From Candidatus Electrothrix yaqonensis (GTDB lineage Bacteria > Desulfobacterota > Desulfobulbia > Desulfobulbales > Desulfobulbaceae), in contig CP178758.1 in assembly GCA_047651235.1 (NCBI GenBank), positions 2,070,001 to 2,102,000 of the forward strand: a stretch of 32,000 nt of DNA, written 5' to 3'. Numbering within the stretch: the stretch's first letter is position 1; each line of letters begins with the position of its first letter. The notes under the pieces were generated by a model, which worked only from the letters and a program-made list of their open reading frames with translations, did no database searches and had not been told where the DNA came from. The position numbers were made by a program, and so were the translations under genes. Shown piece by piece: positions 9,134 to 17,101 of the stretch.

Positions 9134-10695
9134 TGTCGGACAGCAGACCGGTGGTTCTGGCAATCCTGGATGGCTGGGGCATTGCCCCAGCGTCTCCGAC
9201 CAATGCAATTGCAGTGGCCGAGACCCCGAACATGGACCGATGGACTGCTGAATATCCTATGACTACTCTGGCGGCGCATAACGGAGCGGTCGGGCTGCCG
9301 GAAGGCCAGATGGGCAATTCCGAGGTCGGGCATCTGAATATCGGAGCTGGCCGGGTTGTGTATCAGGACTACACCCGCATCAGCCGGGCCATCGAACAGG
9401 GCGAGTTTGCTGCAAATCTGGTCCTGATGGCAGTCATGGATAAGGTCAAAGCCGCAGGGAGCAGTATCCATTTCTGTGGCCTGCTTTCGGACGGCGGAGT
9501 ACATTCCCATCTCAGCCATCTGGCGGCCCTGCTGGAGATGGCCGCAGACAGAGGGCTGGACGCCAAGGTTCACTGCTTTATGGACGGTCGTGATACGCCG
9601 CCTTCCAGCGGAGCAGGCTATATGCAGGAACTGCTCACCGCTGTCGAACGCATCGGTTGCGGCCAGGTGGCAACGGTGTCCGGTCGCTACTGGGCGATGG
9701 ATCGCGATACCCGTTGGGACCGGGTGGAAAAGGCTTGGCAGGCCATGATTGCCGGACAGGGCTTAACAGCGAATGATCCCCTCCAGGCTGTGCAGGATGC
9801 CTATCAGCGGAAAGAGACCGATGAGTTCATCAAGCCTACGGTGCTTGTTGATGAAAACGGTGTGCCGGTCGGGCAGATAGCCGACGGCGATGCCGTGGTC
9901 TTTTTTAATTTCCGCGCTGACCGGGTGCGGGAACTCTGTCATGCCTTGTCTGATGTTGATTTCAGGGGATTTGATGTCAGCAACCGGCCCGAACTGCTGG
10001 AGCTGGTGACCATGACCGAATATGAGGCGGATTTTTCCTTTCCCGTTGCCTTTCCTCCGGTCACGCTGCAGCGGATACTCGGTGAGGAGGTCAGCAGAGC
10101 CGGACTGCACCAGCTGCGCATTGCCGAGACCGAAAAATATGCCCATGTGACCTATTTTTTTAACGGCGGAGAGGAAAAACCGTTTGCGGGCGAAGACCGG
10201 ATGCTGATCGAATCACCGCGTGATGTGGCCACCTATGATCTGAAACCCGCCATGAGCGCGGTCGAGGTGACTGACCGGCTGCTGGCTGCGTTGAAGGAGC
10301 ATGAGACTGCAGGTACGCCCTATGATCTGGTGATCCTCAACTTTGCCAACGGTGACATGGTCGGGCATAGCGGGGTGCTGGAAGCAGCAGTTCAGGCCTG
10401 TGCAACTGTGGATCAATGTTTAGGGAGAATTGCCGGACAGGTGCAGGCAATGGGCGGTGTTCTGCTGATCACAGCGGATCACGGCAATGCTGAAATTATG
10501 GTCAATCCGGCAACCGGCGGGCCGTATACAGCCCACACCCTGAATCCGGTGCCGCTGATTCTGGTCAGTGAGAAGCATAAGGGGTGTACTCTGAAGAACG
10601 GTGGTGCGCTCAAGGATATCGCCCCGACCCTGATGCACCTGCTCGGATTGGACCAGCCGGAGGCAATGGAAGGAGAGAATCTGATTGCCGGGTAA
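9133..10695 (+). CDS. gpmI: 2,3-bisphosphoglycerate-independent phosphoglycerate mutase
   Basis: VVLAILDGWGIAP and GQMGNSEVGHLNIGAGRVVYQD motifs. Length 520 aa. ATGA overlap with the rsfS stop at 9130-9133. Confidence 0.92.
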   Translation: MSDSRPVVLAILDGWGIAPASPTNAIAVAETPNMDRWTAEYPMTTLAAHNGAVGLPEGQMGNSEVGHLNIGAGRVVYQDYTRISRAIEQGEFAANLVLMAVMDKVKAAGSSIHFCGLLSDGGVHSHLSHLAALLEMAADRGLDAKVHCFMDGRDTPPSSGAGYMQELLTAVERIGCGQVATVSGRYWAMDRDTRWDRVEKAWQAMIAGQGLTANDPLQAVQDAYQRKETDEFIKPTVLVDENGVPVGQIADGDAVVFFNFRADRVRELCHALSDVDFRGFDVSNRPELLELVTMTEYEADFSFPVAFPPVTLQRILGEEVSRAGLHQLRIAETEKYAHVTYFFNGGEEKPFAGEDRMLIESPRDVATYDLKPAMSAVEVTDRLLAALKEHETAGTPYDLVILNFANGDMVGHSGVLEAAVQACATVDQCLGRIAGQVQAMGGVLLITADHGNAEIMVNPATGGPYTAHTLNPVPLILVSEKHKGCTLKNGGALKDIAPTLMHLLGLDQPEAMEGENLIAG

Positions 10696-10801
10696 TATTT
10701 ATCAGGAGTTTATCAGAACCTGATCCGTACCCCCTCATTGAAAATATCAGGTGCTTCACAGGAAAAAAGATGAAAAAGGCTGTATATGGAGATAAATATT
10801 C

Positions 10802-10830
10802 TTGACTGTTTTACGAAAGTATCATATTTT
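10802..10830 (+). promoter_or_regulatory. candidate sigma70-type promoter for the porin-like gene
   Basis: TTGACT (10802-10807), 17-nt spacer, TATTTT (10825-10830), within an AT-rich intergenic region. Other -10-like hexamers nearby make the assignment ambiguous. Confidence 0.35.
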
Positions 10831-10932
10831 GTATCTATGATAGCGTATATATTATTTGGTGTGGAAGGATAGTAAATCCGTTGCAGAGCAATGGAATAAG
10901 GAAACAATAAAAGGATCAGAAAGGAGATGGAG

Positions 10933-12216
10933 ATGAAAAAGGTACTGGTTGCTGGTGCAGCGTTGATGCTGGCCGGATCTGTGGTTTCAGCAGCATCTGC
11001 AGGGACTCCCGGGGATACTCCTGAAGAGGCTACAGGGGTCAGCATAACCGGTGATGCCCGTGTGACGTATGTAGGCTGGAAGGACTATAATCGTACGGAT
11101 GACACTGATGAGTATGCCGACTATTTTGAATCTCGGGTCGGGCTGAACTTTGATGCCACAGCCAAAGGCGGTACATCCGTACATGCTCGCCTCTACTTCG
11201 ATGATGAGGGGTATAATGACGACGCCATCTGGCACGGAGGTGGTAACACGCAGCTTGGAGTTTCTACGGACTATGCCTATTTCATGACTCCGGTAGGGTC
11301 GAATCTTACCCTGAGAGCCGGACGTATTCCACTCAATTTTACGCCGTTCTATTCTTGGGATATCCGCCCGACCCGTGTGCAGCTTATTTACAAGAGCGGT
11401 AACCTTAAGCTGGTCCCGTTTGTCGGTGTTGTGAATGAAAACTGGAGTGATTTTGACAATCTGGAAGATAATGACTTCATGCAGTACGGTATTGTCCCTA
11501 TACTCCAGCTCAATGATGCTTGGACGGTCAAAGGTTTCTTCCGGTATAACGATGATCAGAGGGAGCGGGATGCAAACTTTACGCTCGCAGGGATTGATGC
11601 CGTAACATCAACCGGAGAACCTGCACTGTTTTATGGATTGGCCCAGACTGCGGACACTCCTCATGCGGATCGTTCAGGGTTTGATGGTTCCGTGAACCTC
11701 TCCGGTTCAGCCGGAAATATCGGATTTACGGCAGAGGTTTCTTATAAAGCAGCGGATTTTCAAGGAACCGAAGACGACGGTATCGGCGCATATGTTCAGG
11801 CTGCATTCGGGATGGAAGCGTTCACCCCCATCATCATTGCCGGTATGACCCAGGGCGGCTTTATGGCTGACCAGAACTTCGGCTTTGTCATGGTCGGCGG
11901 CAATGAATCCACCACAGTTGTCAATGTAGGTAACCCTTACGGTGATCTTGCGTTTGCAGCCCTGGTTCTGAAAAATCAGCTCAGTGATCGTCTCAGCCTG
12001 CAGGGAAATCTCCTATTTGCCCAGTATGATTATGATGGCGAAACAATGATTGTTGATGATGCAATAGAGGTCTCAGGCGTGCTTACCTATCAGATGTCTG
12101 AAAGCACCAGCTTCACCTATAAACTCGGTGCTCTGATCCCGGGATATGATGATGATGCCGGTGTAGCGGAAGATACATATTTCGGTCATCTGTTGCGTTA
12201 TAACGTCGAGTTCTAA
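10933..12216 (+). CDS. outer-membrane porin-like beta-barrel protein
   Basis: Signal peptide MKKVLVAGAALMLAGSVVSAASA. Alternating amphipathic strands. C-terminal aromatic residue (YNVEF). AAGGAG at 10921-10926 favours the ATG at 10933 over the one at 10927. Confidence 0.7.
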   Translation: MKKVLVAGAALMLAGSVVSAASAGTPGDTPEEATGVSITGDARVTYVGWKDYNRTDDTDEYADYFESRVGLNFDATAKGGTSVHARLYFDDEGYNDDAIWHGGGNTQLGVSTDYAYFMTPVGSNLTLRAGRIPLNFTPFYSWDIRPTRVQLIYKSGNLKLVPFVGVVNENWSDFDNLEDNDFMQYGIVPILQLNDAWTVKGFFRYNDDQRERDANFTLAGIDAVTSTGEPALFYGLAQTADTPHADRSGFDGSVNLSGSAGNIGFTAEVSYKAADFQGTEDDGIGAYVQAAFGMEAFTPIIIAGMTQGGFMADQNFGFVMVGGNESTTVVNVGNPYGDLAFAALVLKNQLSDRLSLQGNLLFAQYDYDGETMIVDDAIEVSGVLTYQMSESTSFTYKLGALIPGYDDDAGVAEDTYFGHLLRYNVEF

Positions 12217-12251
12217 AAAGATTTCTTCGGACAGACTTTCAGAGAAATGGA

Positions 12252-12287
12252 AACGGGCTTCCTGTAAGGGGAGGTCCGTTTTTTTTA
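12252..12287 (+). terminator. rho-independent terminator of the porin-like gene
   Basis: AACGGGCTTCC (12252-12262) pairs with GGAGGTCCGTT (12270-12280), 11 bp including two G-U pairs. The stem runs into a run of eight or more T. Confidence 0.75.
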
Positions 12288-12728
12288 TTCCGGTTGCGGG
12301 TACGATGATGAGGGCAGGGGTACGATAGCTCCTATTTTGTTTTCCCGCCCTTTCGGCATGACATCGGAATTCACCCGCATCCGCCTTTGTCCGTATTTTA
12401 CTCTCAAGCCCATCAGCCTGCGGCGTAAAATACGGATTCACTCCGGCAGATTTTTTTTCAACGCTGTGTCTCGTTTTTGCTCCACCCGTTTTTCACAAGC
12501 TCATCGGTTCCGCAGCGCCGACATCTGCCGACATCTTAATTTCGATATACGGTTTCATAATAATGAAAAATAAACCGGATCGCAGTTGGTCGTTTCGTTA
12601 CCCATGTCTTTATGTTGCAGAGACCACGGCCTTATGCTATACAACCTTATGTCATAATAAATAATGCAATGAATTTCCTGCCTCTCCGGGACAGGGCAGT
12701 AGAGTGAGAGCTTCGCAATAGAAAAAAT

Positions 12729-13253
12729 ATGGAAGAGCATATTCAGCAGGCAATCAGAGAGCGGCGCAGCATCCGGGAATTCAGCGACAGGCCCGTGGAG
12801 CAGGAACTGCTCCGCAAAATTATCTCTGCCGGTGTCTGGGCACCGTCTGGCCTGAACAATCAGCCTTGGCGTTTTGTCATTATCCGTGATGCCGAAATCT
12901 CCGCCCGGCTGGCCGACCTGACCCGTTACTCCCATATCGTAGAGGCGGCTCCTGCGCTTATTGCTGTTTACCTTGATCAGGAAAAGATGTATGATCCGGT
13001 CAAAGACCATCAGGCTGCCGGAGCATGTATCCAGAATATGCTGCTTGCTGCCCATGAACTGCAGCTTGGTGCGGTCTGGCTCGGCCAGATCCTCAAAAAC
13101 AAAAATCAGGTCAATGAGATCCTGCAGCTCGACGGTCAGTACGATCTTATGGCCGTTGTGGCCTTTGGATATCCGTTACACAGAAACCAGCAGTCGCAAC
13201 GACACCCGCTGGAAGAGTTTATTCTGCACGAATTCGGAGGAACCGCTTTATGA
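12729..13253 (+). CDS. nitroreductase family protein
   Basis: IRERRSIREFSDRPV N-terminal signature, PSGLNNQPWRF, size about 174 aa. Confidence 0.85.
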   Translation: MEEHIQQAIRERRSIREFSDRPVEQELLRKIISAGVWAPSGLNNQPWRFVIIRDAEISARLADLTRYSHIVEAAPALIAVYLDQEKMYDPVKDHQAAGACIQNMLLAAHELQLGAVWLGQILKNKNQVNEILQLDGQYDLMAVVAFGYPLHRNQQSQRHPLEEFILHEFGGTAL

Positions 13254-13765
13254 AAAAATCCATGTCAACCGGTAACGCTGGTAAAATTCTGTTCTTCTCC
13301 CTGCTGGCCGTCCCCTTTCTGCTCTCCGGCTGTATCAGCTCCCTGTATTCCTCTGCAGGTATGGGCATCGGGACAGGTATGGGTGATATGCTCCCTGCTG
13401 TCGGCGGCTTTGCCGATGATATTCAGGATATCGTCGTGCCTGCTGAAATGGAATGGGACAGATCCAAATCCATGGCTATCAAGACGGAATCCTTTCACGG
13501 CGGCATCTGGCATTACACCGGTTTAGTAGAGACAGCCTCGCTCAAGGATTACATGGCCCGTGCCATGGAGGACAGCAACTGGAAGCTCGTGGGCGAGGCC
13601 GCATCCGGCGATATCATGCTCGCCTTTGTCAAGCCGCATAAAACCTGCATGATGACCATCTCGGAACATGATTTCCGGAAAACCGCTCTGAGCCTCTACA
13701 TCACCATCGACAAAACCGCTGCCATCGGCCTGAATCCGTTCGGCGAAGCCATCTCCAACGAGTAA
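13250..13765 (+). CDS. lipoprotein, function unknown
   Basis: MKKSMSTGNAGKILFFSLLAVPFLLSGC has lipobox LSGC. The start overlaps the nitroreductase stop (ATGA at 13250-13253). Confidence 0.75.
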   Translation: MKKSMSTGNAGKILFFSLLAVPFLLSGCISSLYSSAGMGIGTGMGDMLPAVGGFADDIQDIVVPAEMEWDRSKSMAIKTESFHGGIWHYTGLVETASLKDYMARAMEDSNWKLVGEAASGDIMLAFVKPHKTCMMTISEHDFRKTALSLYITIDKTAAIGLNPFGEAISNE

Positions 13766-13885
13766 ACCATAGAGAGTCATCGCCGTCATCTTTCCGGACA
13801 GGTTTCCGCAGAATAACATGCTGTTCATGTTCTTGTGAAATCTGTCCTTTTCTGCACCTGAATCCCACAACAGCTCCCGAATAAT

Positions 13886-15088
13886 ATGCACTCCGCTCTG
13901 CAGGGACGGAATATTCTTTTCGGTGTCACCGGGTCCATTGCCGTGTTCAAGGCGGCCTACTGGGTGCGTGAGCTGGTGAAAGAAGAGGCACGGGTGACCG
14001 TGATGATGACAGAATCTGCGGCCCAGTTCGTCACACCTCTGACCTTTGCCGCCCTTTCCGGCAACCGGGTGTATACAGAGATGTTTGCCGACAGGGAAGA
14101 GGACCTGATGGCCCATATCGCCCTGTCCGAGGATGCCGATGCTGTGCTGATCGCCCCGGCAACTGCGCAGACCATTGCCCGTCTGGCCCACGGCATGGCG
14201 GATAACCTAGTGTCTGCTGCCGTTCTTGCAGCTGCCGCCCCGGTGGTGGTCTGCCCGGCCATGAACTCCCGGATGCTGGTTCATCCTGCCACCCGGAAAA
14301 ATACCGCCACACTGCAGGAATTCGGCTATACCGTGGTGGAATCAGAATGCGGCCTGCTGGCCTGTAGCGAAACCGGCGCAGGCAGGCTGCCGGAATGGGA
14401 TACGGTCCGCGAAATTCTGGCTGGTCTCTTTGCTGAAAACGACCTGACCGGAGAGCATATTCTGATCACCGCCGGCCCGACCAGAGAACCCCTGGATCCG
14501 GCCCGTTACCTGAGTAACCGGTCCAGCGGCAAAATGGGCTATGCCCTTGCCCGGACAGCAAAACGTCGCGGTGCCGAGGTCACCCTGATCTCCGGGCCGG
14601 TAAACCTCCCTGCCCCGCCGGGCATCAGCGTTGTCCCGGTGCAGACAGCAGCAGAGATGGCCGCTGCTGTGCAAGAGCATGCTGTCTCCGCCTCCATTAT
14701 TGTTAAAGCTGCAGCGGTGGCGGACTTCCGGTCGAAGCATCTTTCTGCTTTAAAAATTAAAAAATTTGCCGCAGAACCGCTGGTCGAGCTGATTGCCAAT
14801 CCGGATATCCTGGCCACCCTAGGCAGCAGCCGACAGCCGGGTCAACTTCTTGTCGGCTTTGCCGCAGAAAGCAATAATCACGAAGCAGAGGGCAGGCGCA
14901 AACTGCAGGCCAAAAATGTCGATCTGATGGTGGTGAACGATATCCTCGGTAAAGACACCGGTTTTGATGCGGAGACCAATCAGGTGACCCTGATCACCCG
15001 CAACGGGACAGAGCAGCTAGCCCTGCTGTCCAAGGAAGAAACCGCTAACCGCATCTGGGACAAAGTCATCGCCCTGCGCAGAGCTTAA
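13886..15088 (+). CDS. coaBC: bifunctional phosphopantothenoylcysteine decarboxylase / phosphopantothenate-cysteine ligase
   Basis: NILFGVTGSIAVFKA flavoprotein N-terminus and ITAGPTREPLDPARYLSNRSSGKMGYALA CoaB motif. Length 400 aa. Confidence 0.92.
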   Translation: MHSALQGRNILFGVTGSIAVFKAAYWVRELVKEEARVTVMMTESAAQFVTPLTFAALSGNRVYTEMFADREEDLMAHIALSEDADAVLIAPATAQTIARLAHGMADNLVSAAVLAAAAPVVVCPAMNSRMLVHPATRKNTATLQEFGYTVVESECGLLACSETGAGRLPEWDTVREILAGLFAENDLTGEHILITAGPTREPLDPARYLSNRSSGKMGYALARTAKRRGAEVTLISGPVNLPAPPGISVVPVQTAAEMAAAVQEHAVSASIIVKAAAVADFRSKHLSALKIKKFAAEPLVELIANPDILATLGSSRQPGQLLVGFAAESNNHEAEGRRKLQAKNVDLMVVNDILGKDTGFDAETNQVTLITRNGTEQLALLSKEETANRIWDKVIALRRA

Positions 15089-15111
15089 AACGGCTTCTGA
15101 AGGAACAGCAG

Positions 15112-15663
15112 ATGGAACTGAGCAGATCTGAACAGAAACGCAGAATCAAGGAAGTGGAAAAACTGGTGGTTGAGCTGGCCACCCTCCCTCCTGCTCTGCT
15201 GCAGCAACTGCCTGCGGAGCAGGAGGTCTGCCTGCTGCTGAGGGAAGTCTCCGGCCTCAAGGGCGGGGCCCGGAAACGGCAGATAAAATATATCACCAAA
15301 CTCCTGCGGGATGCTCCACTGGAGGAGTTGTACACCTTTCTGGAACAGCGCAGAGGAACGACGCTGTATAAAGAAAAACATGTTCACGAGCTGGAATACC
15401 TGCGGGACGCTCTGCTGGAGGAAGCCATCACAGTCCGACGCAGGGCGCAGCAGGAGCAGCAGGAGTTCGGCGAAGATTGGACATCCGTTGTAGCGGATGA
15501 GATTACTGCAGAACTGCCTTCCGTGGACAGCACTGAGCTGCGCCGCCTGGCCTTTATCTTTGCCAGAAATCGGAATAAACAGCACAGCCGCGAGCTGTTC
15601 CGCATCCTGCAGGCCGCCCAGGAGCGGGAGCTGATGAGCCGGAGAATGCAACAGGAAACTTGA
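15112..15663 (+). CDS. darP: ribosome-associated YjgA/DarP (DUF615) family protein
   Basis: SRSEQKRRIKEVEKLVVEL, RKRQIKYITKLLR and SRELFRILQ parallel my recollection of E. coli YjgA (SKSEIKRDAEELKRLG, RRRQLQLIGKMLR, ARQIFQYLRE). Confidence 0.75.
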   Translation: MELSRSEQKRRIKEVEKLVVELATLPPALLQQLPAEQEVCLLLREVSGLKGGARKRQIKYITKLLRDAPLEELYTFLEQRRGTTLYKEKHVHELEYLRDALLEEAITVRRRAQQEQQEFGEDWTSVVADEITAELPSVDSTELRRLAFIFARNRNKQHSRELFRILQAAQERELMSRRMQQET

Positions 15664-15689
15664 AAGAACACGACCTGAAACAGAGCCGA

Positions 15690-16382
15690 ATGCACAAACC
15701 TGTCATTATCTGCGGCATAGATACCGGGGTGGGTAAATCCGTGGTCACCGGCCTGCTGGCCCGCCATCTGATGGACCAGGGCAGAGTGGTCATCACCCAG
15801 AAGCTGGTACAGACCGGCTGTGCCGGTCGCCCGGAAGATATCCTTCTGCACCGGAAGTTCATGGGCACAGACTGGCTTCCTCCGGATGAACAGGGCCTGA
15901 CCTGCCCCTACTGTTTCCCACTGCCCGTCTCACCCCATCTTGCAGCAGCACAGGTCGGGACGGCAATCGATCCGGCCCGGCTGGACAGCACCACAGACAC
16001 CCTGGCCGGACAGGTTGACCAGCTGCTTATCGAGGGCGCAGGCGGACTGCTGGTCCCGCTCACCGAAAAACTCCTGCTTCTGGATTATCTGCAGACCCGT
16101 TCGTTCCCGCTGATTCTGGTCACCACGCCCCGGCTCGGTTCCATCAACCATACCCTGCTTTCCCTCGAAGCCATCAGGCAGCGCGGCATGACCTTGCTGG
16201 GACTGGTCTACAATGTGTACGAGGGGGATAAGCATTCCCCTGCAATCGTTGCTGATTCACTCAAGGTCTTCCGCAGGGAACTCGGCCGGTACGGTTTTCC
16301 GGAAAAGGTGGCTCTGCTGCCGGATATCAAAGAGACCCGCGCTGTGTGCTGGGACAGCCTGCTTTCCGGACTTTCGGAATAG
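15690..16382 (+). CDS. bioD: ATP-dependent dethiobiotin synthetase
   Basis: VIICGIDTGVGKSVVTGLL P-loop and EGAGGLLVPL. I preferred the ATG at 15690 over the TTG at 15660, which overlaps the darP stop. Confidence 0.85.
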   Translation: MHKPVIICGIDTGVGKSVVTGLLARHLMDQGRVVITQKLVQTGCAGRPEDILLHRKFMGTDWLPPDEQGLTCPYCFPLPVSPHLAAAQVGTAIDPARLDSTTDTLAGQVDQLLIEGAGGLLVPLTEKLLLLDYLQTRSFPLILVTTPRLGSINHTLLSLEAIRQRGMTLLGLVYNVYEGDKHSPAIVADSLKVFRRELGRYGFPEKVALLPDIKETRAVCWDSLLSGLSE

Positions 16383-16445
16383 CAATGCAGTCTGCAGAAA
16401 TTCTTACCAGGCTGCTGATTTTCTATCTGCCCTGCCGTCAACTTG

Positions 16446-17078
16446 TCAGTCCTTTTTCTTCGGTGGAGCTCCGCCGCCCGGCGGTCTGGCATTCAATGCC
16501 TTATATTGCTCTATGTGCTCCTGCCGACGTTTTTCCTGCCAGAATATTTCCTTATCCTTCAGAAAAGCATAAGCCCTTCTGGCCTCCTCCTTATTCAGGC
16601 GGTCCAGCTGCCAGTGTTGAAAATCATCTTCTTTCAAGGCACTGTTCTCCTTGAACGGATTATGATAACTGACAGAATCATGATAGGGGAAGAAGCGAAG
16701 TTCCAGAGAGGAATAAAAGGTCTTTTCTGTTAAATGAACCGAGACGAACTGTCGCCACACCTTATCACTGACATCTTTTAATTTCCTGAACCGGCCGGAT
16801 TCAAACAAAATCGCCCGGTAATAGGTCATCACTAAAATTTTATGGCGATACGTCCCTAATCTTTCCTCAACAATAAAAGGACGATCATCTTCCTCAGCAG
16901 CAGTGAACCATTTTTCAATCTTCTTTTCCAACCTAGTTACCGGCTCGTCAGACCCGGGGAGATGATTTCTTTTCTGAGGATGCTCTTCTGAACTTTTTTG
17001 ATCTGAAGACTTCCCATCCTGAGAAAGCCATTTTTCCAGTTTCTGTCCCATGCGTGAGTGACCGTCAACCACCTTCAT
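16446..17078 (-). CDS. hypothetical protein (210 aa), no recognised family
   Basis: Starts 23 nt after the glgP stop on the same strand. GGAGAG lies 6 nt upstream of the ATG. Acidic low-complexity N-terminal half with repeated LEKW/IEKW. Ends PPGGGAPPKKKD. Confidence 0.55.
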   Translation of the reverse strand: MKVVDGHSRMGQKLEKWLSQDGKSSDQKSSEEHPQKRNHLPGSDEPVTRLEKKIEKWFTAAEEDDRPFIVEERLGTYRHKILVMTYYRAILFESGRFRKLKDVSDKVWRQFVSVHLTEKTFYSSLELRFFPYHDSVSYHNPFKENSALKEDDFQHWQLDRLNKEEARRAYAFLKDKEIFWQEKRRQEHIEQYKALNARPPGGGAPPKKKD

Positions 17079-17101
17079 GACAAACTCTCCGGTGCCTTTG
17101 C

